Part shown: positions 10,362-19,827 of the stretch, one piece after another
Layout of the letters: every line of letters starts with the position of its first letter
Position numbering within the stretch: position 1 is the stretch's first letter
Virus record (IMG/VR): IMGVR_UViG_3300027759_000084
Location: 1,743-65,742 of that record
Source: a virus
Taxonomy: Duplodnaviria > Caudoviricetes
Strand: one strand, 5' to 3'
DNA: 64,000 nt
The notes under the pieces: model-generated
What the model was told of the DNA's origin: nothing
What the model saw: the letters and a program-made list of their open reading frames with translations, nothing else
The model's database searches: none
Program-made: the position numbers and the translations under genes

Positions 10362-12062
10362 TCAAAGCAAATCTCCAATATTTCCACTCGTTAGAGTAAA
10401 GATTGGATGATCTGTGTAGCTATTCTCACGAAGGGCATCCATTGCAGCCGCCATGTTTGACATGCGTAGATTGCCACTAAAAGAGTTTGGCGCGGCTTTT
10501 ACGGTAGCTTTAACAACCTCTGCTTCGGCTTGCTCATGGCTGATTCCAAGTAGCTTGGATACCTTGGATGCCACCTTTCTCACGGTGCCTTCTTGAATCC
10601 GAATGCCGCCATAGTCATAGATCCAACCGTATCCACGCCCAACTTTTGGCACAATCGTTGTGTCGAAGTTTGACCAATGAATGGCGTTAGACTTGAGGCT
10701 TTTTGCTGGAACATGAGCAACGGCTGGAAGAGTCACCGTTCCATCAAAGACATACTGAGCATTATACGCTTTTGGATAAATGCAGTCTGGAATGATGAGT
10801 GATCCCTCAAGGATTCGAGGGTGCTTCAATCCTTCGGCAATTGTCATGCACGAGCTTTGGTTGCCGATGAACAACTCACTTCCGGCAATCGCCTGTGCAA
10901 CTTCCAGCATATCGTGTGTGACGATGTAGCGAACCTTGCCAAAATGATACTCAAAATCAGCGTGCTCCTGCGGCAATCCAATGAAGCACAAAAGATTTCC
11001 ATAGTGTTCAACTACCTCTCTCCATGGAAAATGTGGATTATTGTAGCGAGGACTGCGATTGATGACTATGAGGCCGTTGAACTTCTTGTTTTGCTCAACT
11101 GTCAGCCACGGCTTGCTCATGTCTGGTAGCGTGTCGATGAAGTGCGTGTCAAGAGCATGCTGAGCATGGCAGGTAGCAAGATTACGTCTTCTGTCGTGCC
11201 AACTTGGCCTGAAGCCTTCTGATGCCCAAGCAATAGGCTCTCGCTTCCAGATTTTTACAGAGTTGATGTATGGTTGGGATTCGATCAGTGGCCTAATTAG
11301 CGGCAGTCTTGCAACAAAGCCCTTGGTTGATCCATTGTCGCGGGCGTAATAATCGAACGTGCCGCCGTGGTGATTGAGTGTTGCTAAGCTTACCACCGCA
11401 TCACCCAAATCACCAACTCCAGAGACTCCAATAATCTCATTACGCTTCATGGATGGCATGATGTGGTCGATTAAACTCTGAGCGTTATCTTTGTGGAAGA
11501 TCACAGAATCATCTCGCAGAATATGCAAATCACGCGGGAACTCGTGGAGTGTGACATCACCCCTAGAATCATAGAAGCCATACGAGTGTTGAATCAAATC
11601 AGTGAGTCCAATTTGATCTGGAAAATTGGTAGAAATCCACTCATCAAATCCGCCCGTAGTATATCCAACTGGAGCTTGCTCGTATGCGTCCGGTCCTTGT
11701 ACACCAATGCCCGTAAAATTATCAAATGGTGGATTGCGAGTCTTTGGATAAAGATACAGCTTGCCCTGCTTCACATACTCATCAGTGATCGCTTTGAGCC
11801 ATCCCTTCTTGATTGGAATAGAGTCGCACTCAATCCACATAAAAGCCTTACCACGCATCGCTTTGGCGCACTGCTTAAACGCTAAGTTTGCCACCTCTGG
11901 ATAACGCATACCAGGAGGGTCTTGAAACGACATCGTAATTACCTCGGTGCCATCTAGTTCCTTCAAATATTGTACCAAGCGTTCAGCCTGACGTTTTTCG
12001 TGAGGCGCTATGTTGAGGACTACTGGTAGCAGTGATGTCATATTTTCTGGTAAATAATGCAA
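10362..12062 (-). CDS. Two-domain glycosyltransferase: GT-A-like plus GT9 heptosyltransferase-like
   Basis: FMWIECDSIP..GWL; GDLGDAVVSL...FIG...LEVAQAIAGSELFIGNQSSCMTIAEGL resembles the GT9 C-terminal motif. Confidence 0.7.
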   Translation of the reverse strand: MHYLPENMTSLLPVVLNIAPHEKRQAERLVQYLKELDGTEVITMSFQDPPGMRYPEVANLAFKQCAKAMRGKAFMWIECDSIPIKKGWLKAITDEYVKQGKLYLYPKTRNPPFDNFTGIGVQGPDAYEQAPVGYTTGGFDEWISTNFPDQIGLTDLIQHSYGFYDSRGDVTLHEFPRDLHILRDDSVIFHKDNAQSLIDHIMPSMKRNEIIGVSGVGDLGDAVVSLATLNHHGGTFDYYARDNGSTKGFVARLPLIRPLIESQPYINSVKIWKREPIAWASEGFRPSWHDRRRNLATCHAQHALDTHFIDTLPDMSKPWLTVEQNKKFNGLIVINRSPRYNNPHFPWREVVEHYGNLLCFIGLPQEHADFEYHFGKVRYIVTHDMLEVAQAIAGSELFIGNQSSCMTIAEGLKHPRILEGSLIIPDCIYPKAYNAQYVFDGTVTLPAVAHVPAKSLKSNAIHWSNFDTTIVPKVGRGYGWIYDYGGIRIQEGTVRKVASKVSKLLGISHEQAEAEVVKATVKAAPNSFSGNLRMSNMAAAMDALRENSYTDHPIFTLTSGNIGDLL

Positions 12063-12631
12063 AGTTGAGCTAACCCATTGTGCATGGTCGAGTCAAAATC
12101 AGGATCATTCCACTTGTCCCAATGGAAGCCGTCTAGTTCCATACGCAGATCAACAAGGTGTAATCCAGCATCCTTGCCCATTTGCACGATGCGCTTGTAG
12201 TCGTAGTGATCGTGGTTCATCGGCTTGTCCACGCTAACAATATCCCATGATGTTTTGTGATCTGGATTAAAGCGTGCTTGATGAGAACTGCCAAAGCGGA
12301 AATCGCGGAACTTCTCATAAGCACTGTAGAGCGGAACTAGAATGTACACATATCCGCCCTCTTTGAGAACTCGGCTCCAGTTTTGAAGAGCTACTTCTGG
12401 ATCGTTCATGTGCTCCAGGCAATGGGCGCTCACTACACAATCAAACGATTTGTCAGCAACGCCAGTCAGATATTGCGCGTCTCCATCAGGCAAGTCCCAA
12501 CCTCGAACAGTTGATGGTGGATCAAGTTTGATGGCGTCTGGACCACAGCCAATATCAAGGACTAATCCTTTAATAAACTGATAGTCTCCATGCCTGACTC
12601 GGCACTTGTGGGATTTTGTCATTTCGTCCAT
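12038..12631 (-). CDS. Class I SAM-dependent methyltransferase
   Basis: VLDIGCG, FDCVVSAHCLEH, WSRVLKEGG. Confidence 0.9.
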   Translation of the reverse strand: MDEMTKSHKCRVRHGDYQFIKGLVLDIGCGPDAIKLDPPSTVRGWDLPDGDAQYLTGVADKSFDCVVSAHCLEHMNDPEVALQNWSRVLKEGGYVYILVPLYSAYEKFRDFRFGSSHQARFNPDHKTSWDIVSVDKPMNHDHYDYKRIVQMGKDAGLHLVDLRMELDGFHWDKWNDPDFDSTMHNGLAQLCIIYQKI

Positions 12632-12803
12632 ATTGATATTTTGAAATTAGCTGCCCGCCGCCGCAAGAGTCTCGATCCGAGGCTGAGCCTCTTCACATAA
12701 GTTGTGTGCTCTCTTGCGCTTTTCCACCACTACTTTCTCGTCGGTAATTACCAATCCGATTTGGCGATGTACTTCGGCTAGCACAGGCGCGGCGGGCAAA
12801 TTG

Positions 12804-13142
12804 TTACTTAGCTGCACTGACTTTAGCGCCCATGCCAACACGGGATTTCTCGCGCATCTTAGTCTGAACCTTATTGCGCCCTAATTCGCTAGCCGTTTTA
12901 GGCGTATCGGATGAAACTCGCTTCGTTGGTCGGCAATACTCGTTATCACCACCTGATCCGCAAGGCTTGCCAGTACGTTGGTCTTTCCAGTTCTCCTTCT
13001 CCCATCGCTTGAGATTGGAGCCAGCTTCAGTCTTGCGAACATTGCCGCTTTCTTTGCGGCACTTGGCAATGGCTTGAGAAGCGCGAGCCGATGGAAACAC
13101 GTCGTAGCTTGCTTTGACCTTTTTGTAGCAGGAGTCTTTCAT
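12804..13142 (-). CDS. Small basic viral protein (DUF5872-like)
   Basis: LKRWEKENWKD..GKPCG...YCRPTKRVSSDTPKT. Confidence 0.6.
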   Translation of the reverse strand: MKDSCYKKVKASYDVFPSARASQAIAKCRKESGNVRKTEAGSNLKRWEKENWKDQRTGKPCGSGGDNEYCRPTKRVSSDTPKTASELGRNKVQTKMREKSRVGMGAKVSAAK

Positions 13143-13237
13143 GGTAGATTGAGATTATGTTTTCCGATTTCAGTCAGGCATTTGACCAATAGAATGCAAA
13201 TGAGAATGACTGACATCCAGACTGTTTCAGTATTCAT
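13139..13237 (-). CDS. 32-aa hydrophobic peptide
   Basis: MNTETVWMSVILICILLVKCLTEIGKHNLNLP; ATGA overlap with next gene. Confidence 0.5.
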   Translation of the reverse strand: MNTETVWMSVILICILLVKCLTEIGKHNLNLP

Positions 13238-13661
13238 GGTGTTACTTCTTCTTCACGCTTTTATTAACTTTTTGTTTCAATTTCATCAAAAACGGCATTA
13301 ATGGTTACGATTCCAATGCTTTTATTTGGATTGGTTGCCTTATTGTAAATATTATTCCATTTTGCCTGAGTCGATATGATGCGTGATAATCCGTTCTTTT
13401 TTGCCTCAAGTGCAATAGCTCGACACATATCAATAACTAAATTCTCAAGGTTTTTTAAAATATGATCTCCGCAACATGTATCTTTTATGCAAAAAAAAGA
13501 AGAGATACTTGATGTAATTCCATCTGAATTATGAAGTGATGTGCCAACTGGAATACCAATACACTCAGTCAAATTGTATTGACCAAGGAGTTCTATAATT
13601 TGCTTCTCTACTTCAGTTAAATTTTCGGATTCCATGGTGTTACTTCTTCTTCACGCTTTTA
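13235..13661. repeat. Exact 29-bp direct repeat flanking an inserted gene
   Basis: catggtgttacttcttcttcacgctttta at 13235..13263 and 13633..13661. Confidence 0.95.
13264..13635 (-). CDS. AT-rich inserted hypothetical protein
   Basis: Fills the space between the 29-bp repeats; visibly lower GC than neighbours. Confidence 0.65.
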   Translation of the reverse strand: MESENLTEVEKQIIELLGQYNLTECIGIPVGTSLHNSDGITSSISSFFCIKDTCCGDHILKNLENLVIDMCRAIALEAKKNGLSRIISTQAKWNNIYNKATNPNKSIGIVTINAVFDEIETKS

Positions 13662-13936
13662 GATCCCGAACATCCCCATTTCCGACGAGACAAGGAATTG
13701 GGCGAATTGGAATCAGAGCGCCAATTGCCAGCGATGTTATTGCTGCGAGCACAATACGCATCAGCACGCTTGCTGCCAATAGGGCCAATTTTGCTGCCTT
13801 TTTGGCCGTATTTTACCGTCTTTTCACGGCCAGTATCAGGATTCTTGATCGTTTTAGAGAACTTCTTTTCCATATGGTTACAAAGTTTAGATCGTTTCTT
13901 GGATGGAGTCAACTGTGCCGTCGTTGGTTGAGCCAA
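13640..13936 (-). CDS. Small basic viral protein (DUF6321-like)
   Basis: VKYGQKG...KRADAYCARS...SPNSLSRRKWGC; probable start is the internal MEKKF. Confidence 0.55.
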   Translation of the reverse strand: MAQPTTAQLTPSKKRSKLCNHMEKKFSKTIKNPDTGREKTVKYGQKGSKIGPIGSKRADAYCARSNNIAGNWRSDSNSPNSLSRRKWGCSGSKSVKKK

Positions 13937-13957
13937 TTAAGAGGTGTTTTATGGAAA

Positions 13958-14608
13958 TTAAAGAATGGATAGTTTGATATTCGGGTTGGCAAGTTTAGCC
14001 ACTTCAAAAAAGCTCTTTTCAATTCTGGTTTCAACATCATTCCAGATTTCGTGCAGGCTCTTTTCTTCTTCTGTGATTGGCTTTCCCCTTGGAACAAAAC
14101 ATACGCGATGGATTCGTAATACATGCATTGAATCATCGACTGCATCGACAATCTGTCTCGTGCTGGCAATCTGCCGTAAGCCGATTTTAGGAATCGAATA
14201 CCTACGCTCGTGCCAGTCCTGCATATTTTCCCCCTTGGTTCCGATAATCAGATGCTTTGGGTTGGTGCAAATTTTGTTGTCGCAGCGATGACGAACGACC
14301 ATTCCATCCTCAATTTCTCCATGATGAAGGAAATACGACACTCGATGACCTGCGTACCATGCACCCTTTACCGGAATTGCGGCATAACCTCCGGTTCCAG
14401 ATGGCCCGTGCCATTCCCAGCATTGTGTAAGCCCTTTGTAATGCGGGTTGGACTGATCTGGCGCAAGCCCTCCTTCCTTATTAACAAAGGCGTCAAACAA
14501 TTGACGAAGTATTTTCGCGTGTGACAAATTAACGAGTTTCATACAGATTTCAGTTATTGAAGTTGAAACAGCGGTCCAAGTAAACGCTGAACGGTTCTGG
14601 CGCTCCAA
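13958..14608 (-). CDS. HNH endonuclease
   Basis: CWEWHG..GY..AGHRVSY...VVRHRCDNKICTNPKHL..GT..ENMQD; probable start MKLVNLS. Confidence 0.85.
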   Translation of the reverse strand: MERQNRSAFTWTAVSTSITEICMKLVNLSHAKILRQLFDAFVNKEGGLAPDQSNPHYKGLTQCWEWHGPSGTGGYAAIPVKGAWYAGHRVSYFLHHGEIEDGMVVRHRCDNKICTNPKHLIIGTKGENMQDWHERRYSIPKIGLRQIASTRQIVDAVDDSMHVLRIHRVCFVPRGKPITEEEKSLHEIWNDVETRIEKSFFEVAKLANPNIKLSIL

Positions 14609-14838
14609 TGGCGCTTCTTGCGCTCAAGGAGTGAGATGTACATGGCGCTCACACCCATAATGTTGGCAATCTGCTCTTGGGATAAGTCGTAATGCTTACG
14701 GAATAGTTTGAGAGCATCCGTCAAATCTCCATTGGCTTCAACCTGCTTAACCTCCAAGTCCGCCATTCTTTTCATAGCGCATTCGAGGCTAGATTTTACT
14801 TCGGTCCATTCGGACTCTTTTTCAGGGCAGTTATTCAT
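14554..14838 (-). CDS. XRE-family HTH regulator
   Basis: LSQEQIANIMGVSAMYISLLERKKR. Confidence 0.8.
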   Translation of the reverse strand: MNNCPEKESEWTEVKSSLECAMKRMADLEVKQVEANGDLTDALKLFRKHYDLSQEQIANIMGVSAMYISLLERKKRHWSARTVQRLLGPLFQLQ

Positions 14839-15640
14839 TGGTGTCTTCTTTTTTATTTGGTAGCAAGTTACTTTTCCACATTGGCGGCGGGTTGAGGTAG
14901 GCGCTTGTACCCAAAATTAAGTTGTTTAACTGAAGCTCAATTGATTCTTGCGTGAACCTTGAGACAAATTTAACCACCATCTCAATCATCAGTTCCGCTT
15001 GCTCCTTTGTCCAAGTCCATTGGACAGACTCGGTTCGGAGTCGGCATCGAAGCGCCATATTCTTCCTCCAATTGAAAACTTTGGTTAAAGACTCAAAAAC
15101 ACAAACTGGCAGCGTTTCGGGTATTTTCACTGTTTCTGCTACTGCCAATTCTTCCAGCATGCGAATCTTCCACAACTCTTCGTGGTGTCCATGATCCTCA
15201 TGTTTGATTCGTGGAGCATGACGAAAAATGCACTTTCTGGAAAAGAATGCCAAAAATGGCTCTGGATCATCAGCTTTTTCAGGTTGGCCCCACCATTTTG
15301 CAATAGCCTGCCAAATTGGCTTATGAGGTGGCGCTTTCCTACTCAGCGTGCCGCAGCACTGATTTTTCATGAATTGACTGAGCATCAACTGACACCCGCC
15401 GTCCATCCAAACAACATGATCAGGCCCCATAGCTTTTACGTCCAAACGGTTAAATTCTACACCGTCGCCAAGAACCTCGTGAATCTTATCCAAATCCCAA
15501 TCCACAACACCAGCCTTGTCAGCCAAGCATTCTAGCGCCATCAAGCATGCTCGGTGCTTAAAAGACAATGAGGCGAAATCAATATCACGCCAGCGGTTGG
15601 CGTTCACTCGAATCTCTCTGGATGATTTAGCTTTTCTCAC
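14831..15640 (-). CDS. Hypothetical protein
   Basis: 269-aa ORF in operon; weak resemblance to replication-organiser N-termini. Confidence 0.55.
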   Translation of the reverse strand: MRKAKSSREIRVNANRWRDIDFASLSFKHRACLMALECLADKAGVVDWDLDKIHEVLGDGVEFNRLDVKAMGPDHVVWMDGGCQLMLSQFMKNQCCGTLSRKAPPHKPIWQAIAKWWGQPEKADDPEPFLAFFSRKCIFRHAPRIKHEDHGHHEELWKIRMLEELAVAETVKIPETLPVCVFESLTKVFNWRKNMALRCRLRTESVQWTWTKEQAELMIEMVVKFVSRFTQESIELQLNNLILGTSAYLNPPPMWKSNLLPNKKEDTNE

Positions 15641-15768
15641 AATTCATCAATATAATCAAACTTGTTTGGAATGCAAACAAATTAAACAGATTTGTTGGTA
15701 CTAACCTAGTTCCTTAACCTCTTTCTTGTTCATGTGTGTAAAGGTTATGGTACTAACCTAGTACCAAC

Positions 15769-16324
15769 TCACCCAACCAGCCTCTCGTGCTCGTTGTTGA
15801 TGGCATCCTTCTCCTCCCAAAGTTTGGCATTAGGACCACACATATCAAACCCCCTCATTGTGCCGCACATCCTTGTTCGCTCAAAAATATCAATTTTTTC
15901 CCCTGTTACGAGATCAATACTGCTAGCTGCGCCTTTGCTAGCTATAGCATCTTGATGGGTGCACGCATATGCAGTTCCATGCTCAAAAGAACGCGACACA
16001 CACCACCGACAATCAACACAGAATTTAGGCGTATCCATATTATTTAGCTTTGTTAAGTTTATTTGGTTTATGCTTGTAGCAGGTCCAACGATATTTATGA
16101 TCCTCGCACGGCGATCCACAGTCTGCCTCTTGATAGCATCCAGGCTCATCACAGAGCATGATGAAGCAGTCGATAGACTTGCAATCTGGACATCCGTAGC
16201 ATTTCGCCGCACGCTCAAATGGATGATCTGCTTCAAGCCTCTCATTTCTGAGAAACTTGTGGTAGCACTCTTTGCATTGCAGTTTTTCGGTTTCCAGAAT
16301 CATTTCTTCAACTTTCCAGCGCAC
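15769..16324 (-). CDS. Two small Cys-rich proteins (about 15769..16039 and 16040..16303)
   Basis: CxxC motifs CVDCRWC, CKEC, CPDC in tightly packed ORFs; starts inferred. Confidence 0.5.
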
Positions 16325-16830
16325 TCGGCATATCCGATGATGTCAACCAAGGTGTCTCGCTTCTTGCTTGTCTTGGCTCGGCTGACTTTCAGCAGAATCA
16401 TCATTTGTGCCACATCCCAAGGTTCAATGGTAGAACCTGTGTAGGCACTCCACAGATTTGCGATGCGGGAGAAAGATTCGTTCACATCGCCGTAGTCGGC
16501 TTCGCGATCTCCAGCAACAATTGCTGCGGCCTCCTCGGAGATGGATTGCTCTGGAGTCGCATACCATGAAGAAAGATCTCCATAGTCAATTATTTCACCT
16601 GAACTTGCGTAAATAGATCCACCCCATATGTATTCATCGGTAAACACAAGCAATCTGGCATCAAATGGAGCTTTTAATTCAGCCCCCTTAACGAGTTTGA
16701 ATCCTGGAGGAGGCGTTGGTTTGTCGTGTTCTGTATTCATGATCATGTGATTATTAAGGTGGTATCGAAGAGAATGAATGGCGTATCGTTGAGATTCGTT
16801 AGTCATTGATGAACGGTTTGAGTTTGGCAA
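16300..16830 (-). CDS. DUF6378-like protein
   Basis: DREADYGD..ESFSRIANLWSAY...DVAQMMILLKVSR...DTLVDIIGY. Confidence 0.7.
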   Translation of the reverse strand: MPNSNRSSMTNESQRYAIHSLRYHLNNHMIMNTEHDKPTPPPGFKLVKGAELKAPFDARLLVFTDEYIWGGSIYASSGEIIDYGDLSSWYATPEQSISEEAAAIVAGDREADYGDVNESFSRIANLWSAYTGSTIEPWDVAQMMILLKVSRAKTSKKRDTLVDIIGYAECAGKLKK

Positions 16831-17140
16831 TTGCTGCTATCTGCACGTCATTGAGCATCCACGCTGAGTCACTGTAAGGATCGTCGGCAAACGAATTGAA
16901 AACCTTTTTGAGAGCTTCGCGCATTTTCGCCACTTGTCGCAAAACGTAATCATCGGCAGGCTCTAATCCGATTGTGTCATCATTGCCGAATCCCTCTTTG
17001 CAGATTCGGGCAAGTTGATCGCGTGCCTCGTCACGCTCGCGTTCAAGTTGACGTGCAAAATCTCCTTGGACCGCATCTTTGTTGCCATACCAAGCCATGC
17101 TTGCAGCATCCGTCTCAGGTGTTGGTTTATTCATGATCAT
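16799..17140 (-). CDS. Hypothetical protein with TPETDA/DFARQLERERDEAR motif
   Basis: Shares N-terminal motif with 29087..29551. Confidence 0.6.
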   Translation of the reverse strand: MIMNKPTPETDAASMAWYGNKDAVQGDFARQLERERDEARDQLARICKEGFGNDDTIGLEPADDYVLRQVAKMREALKKVFNSFADDPYSDSAWMLNDVQIAAIAKLKPFIND

Positions 17141-17361
17141 TACTTGGATTGTTTCTTGGAGCCAATCTTCCTTCCCTTTGGCAAGCAGCCACAGGACTGC
17201 ACACTACCAGAGGTGAGATTTTGATAATATACCTCGGTCTTGTTTCCGCACTCGCACTGGCACAGCCAGCGGCTATTACCATGGGTGTTGCGAGATACGA
17301 GTTCGACAACAATCAAGCTGCCGAAGGTTTCGTTGATGAGTGATTTTGGTGAGCGTCCCAT
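17140..17361 (-). CDS. Stand-alone WxCxCxCG...SCGC zinc-binding domain protein
   Basis: FGSLIV..WLCQCECG...SCGC, the N-terminal module usual in HNH/AP2 endonucleases. Confidence 0.7.
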   Translation of the reverse strand: MGRSPKSLINETFGSLIVVELVSRNTHGNSRWLCQCECGNKTEVYYQNLTSGSVQSCGCLPKGRKIGSKKQSK

Positions 17362-17606
17362 TAGAGTGTTAGGTTTGGATGATTGCTATCTGGCTCAATG
17401 AGGAACTCGCACTCGAAAGCGATGATAGCAGGCGGATGGATAAACGATATTAGCATCATGTCTCCACGTGGAGCGGTGCGGCGTAAACACGTCTCACAGC
17501 CTTCGCGCCAGTCCCAACTGCCGTTTTCATTGAAGCCTACGCCATCGCAACGGGCTACATCATTAGGAAGCCGAATCAAGTCGCTGTTGGTCTTCATAGG
17601 TTTCAT
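17361..17606 (-). CDS. Small Cys-rich hypothetical protein
   Basis: LPNDVARCDG...CETCLRRT. Confidence 0.55.
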   Translation of the reverse strand: MKPMKTNSDLIRLPNDVARCDGVGFNENGSWDWREGCETCLRRTAPRGDMMLISFIHPPAIIAFECEFLIEPDSNHPNLTL

Positions 17607-17630
17607 TTCAGGTTATTCATTTTTGTTACC

Positions 17631-18263
17631 TCAATAAGCCCACTTGGCGTCACCAAGGATTTCGTCCGAGTCAGACCACCATTCATCCCATTGGCTATTG
17701 GTAGCCACACTCCAGGGCGGAATAGTTGCGGCTGCGTCTCTGCCAGTCAATGAAACTGGCATCCACTTGATGCGGTTATTTGGATAGATTGCGATCTGCC
17801 CATTGATGAGCTTGATGACGTTGCCCTCCTTGTGCTCTTCAAGAAGCTCTGCATCACCCACGTCCAGGAGGCCGCTGGCTTGTCCTTCTGGCAGGTGGTC
17901 GATGGTGAACCAGTAGTGACCGCCGATGGGTGGCAATCCCTTGCCAAGGTTCACCAGCACCGGCACGTCGGAGAGTTGATCCTTGCGCCAGAGTTCAATT
18001 GAGCCTGAGAGGCATTCCCACATTTGAACCTTATGCAGAGGCAGCGGTTTGTGATCGTCTTCCGGCTCATACCAATAGACGCACTGCGGGGGAATTTTGT
18101 CGAAGCATGCAGCGTATTTCTCGACCCATGCCTGGAAGCAGAATGGACGGTTACGCATCGCTCGAACAGATACAAGCCAAGCGGGTTCAAATTCGTTTTC
18201 TGGACCACCGAAGGCATCGCATCGGATGAAGACTTTAGTTTTGGGTAGGTTGATGTTTCGCAT
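17631..18263 (-). CDS. Phage hypothetical protein
   Basis: 210-aa ORF in operon (QMWEC, YWFTID, NGQIAIYPNNRIKW). Confidence 0.65.
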   Translation of the reverse strand: MRNINLPKTKVFIRCDAFGGPENEFEPAWLVSVRAMRNRPFCFQAWVEKYAACFDKIPPQCVYWYEPEDDHKPLPLHKVQMWECLSGSIELWRKDQLSDVPVLVNLGKGLPPIGGHYWFTIDHLPEGQASGLLDVGDAELLEEHKEGNVIKLINGQIAIYPNNRIKWMPVSLTGRDAAATIPPWSVATNSQWDEWWSDSDEILGDAKWAY

Positions 18264-18266
18264 ATT

Positions 18267-18659
18267 TTACCAGAGTTTGAGGATTAAACCGATTGCTTCA
18301 GAGCGTTGGGCTGCGGTTGCTTGTAGTGCATCCGTAGCTTTCAGACTTCTATAACCATGCACAGGGTCAATGATTAAAGCCAAATGATCACAAAAATCGT
18401 CTCTAAGATTCCATTCCTTAGACCATGTTTGTTGCTCTAACTCATGCACCGCGTTAAGGTCGTTGAAGTAGTCGGGAATTTCCTCAAAACCAATATGTTT
18501 CGGGTGATTTTTATGCCCCCAGCATTTACGTCCATCTAGCCACGGCTCTTCTTGTATAAATCCAGCAGCCTCCGCCAGCTTAATTCGTTTTTCTTCTTGT
18601 GTGAGTTTCATATCGTCACCAACCATCGCACACCGATTCTGTCGATGCAACAAATACAA
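18267..18659 (-). CDS. Hypothetical protein
   Basis: IPDYFNDLNAVHELE...ATAAQRSEA; probable start MKLTQEE. Confidence 0.55.
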   Translation of the reverse strand: MYLLHRQNRCAMVGDDMKLTQEEKRIKLAEAAGFIQEEPWLDGRKCWGHKNHPKHIGFEEIPDYFNDLNAVHELEQQTWSKEWNLRDDFCDHLALIIDPVHGYRSLKATDALQATAAQRSEAIGLILKLW

Positions 18660-18677
18660 TAAGATATAATTGTTTAA

Positions 18678-19229
18678 TTAAGTTGTTAGCAGAGAGTAGT
18701 CGAGTTTCACTTCTCCAGTATAGCCGCGCTGGATATGAACAGCACCGAGGCTGAATCCAGTTTGAGGCCATGGTTTAGGCGGTGTTGGAACAAAGAGGAT
18801 TTCCTTCATTCCGAATCCAGCCTCCAACATGTCGGACTGACGCGCCCGCATAAAAAAAGCATTCACGAGACAGAGGAAGACAACATTGCTAGATACCTCC
18901 ATCGACTTTTGGAGAAATGTCCTGAGTTTTGACCAAGGCGGGTTGGTGATAGTCCAGCATACAGGTTCTTGCCAAGATTGGTTCAAGAAGTCAGCACCAG
19001 CGTCGATCTCATACCACTCCACAAACCCGTTTGTTGCGTATGGAAGCATGGCATCGTAGAAAGCTCCCTTTCCTCGGCATGGGTCAAGCAGCATACCGCT
19101 GGGGTTAAAGTGCTTCACAATCTGCTTCGCCAGTTCAGGTGGAGTATATACCCTGTCATTGCCGCCTTTTGGGGCCAGTGGTCGGTTGCTCATATTGGTA
19201 AGTGTAAGGTTTGAATTGCGCAAATACAA
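18678..19229 (-). CDS. Orphan DNA amino-methyltransferase (N6A-type)
   Basis: YTPP, LLDPCRGKGAF (SAM binding), ITNPPW (catalytic). Confidence 0.8.
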   Translation of the reverse strand: MYLRNSNLTLTNMSNRPLAPKGGNDRVYTPPELAKQIVKHFNPSGMLLDPCRGKGAFYDAMLPYATNGFVEWYEIDAGADFLNQSWQEPVCWTITNPPWSKLRTFLQKSMEVSSNVVFLCLVNAFFMRARQSDMLEAGFGMKEILFVPTPPKPWPQTGFSLGAVHIQRGYTGEVKLDYSLLTT

Positions 19230-19243
19230 ATACTATAAGATAT

Positions 19244-19720
19244 TTATCCTCTCAGCCAAATCGCAAGCTCATCCTTCATCGCTAGCTTGACGTAGAAATC
19301 CGTTGGCTTCTGGCCCTTGTAGGTGAGTCCTTTGACCCGGCAACGAGCGATACAGCGCCAGAGACGTTGATCGTTGAGGATGAGTTTTTTAGCTTCTGAT
19401 ACCACAGGCTTCTTGGAATCAGTCAGCATCGCCTCAAGCTCAGCCAAATCGCCAATAGGCTCTTCAACAGCAGTTGGGCTTTCTGGCTTCACATCCACTG
19501 CTTTACCGCGCAGTAGATCAGTTCTAAGGCATCCACAGGAAAGGGACTTGCCCGTTGTGAGAGCGGTGTAGAACACGTTCTGCTTGATGCGTCCACAATC
19601 GCACTGGCACCTCCAGGTTGAAGATCCTTTTCTACCCGTTGGAACATGGGAGAGAACCGTCCAGCGACCAAAGCGTTTGCCCGTGAGGTTTTTGAAGTTG
19701 GGATGGAATGATGAAATCAT
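19244..19720 (-). CDS. CxCxCG/SCGC domain protein lacking a nuclease domain
   Basis: NLTGKRFGRWTVL...WRCQCDCG...SLSCGC. Confidence 0.7.
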   Translation of the reverse strand: MISSFHPNFKNLTGKRFGRWTVLSHVPTGRKGSSTWRCQCDCGRIKQNVFYTALTTGKSLSCGCLRTDLLRGKAVDVKPESPTAVEEPIGDLAELEAMLTDSKKPVVSEAKKLILNDQRLWRCIARCRVKGLTYKGQKPTDFYVKLAMKDELAIWLRG

Positions 19721-19827
19721 CGTCAGAAACGATAGCTAAGTAAACGGACAGAATCAAATGGTATAAGAAATAATTTAGAGGGAGAAATTGTTGGGGATGA
19801 TTTTACAGAAAAGACCCCTGGGGTAGG

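Noticed and set aside
12652-12798. tRNA gene
   Set aside because: No canonical TTCG T-loop, anticodon arm or CCA end; kept only as an ncRNA candidate
18678-19229. Restriction-modification system
   Set aside because: No adjacent restriction nuclease; orphan methyltransferases are common in phages
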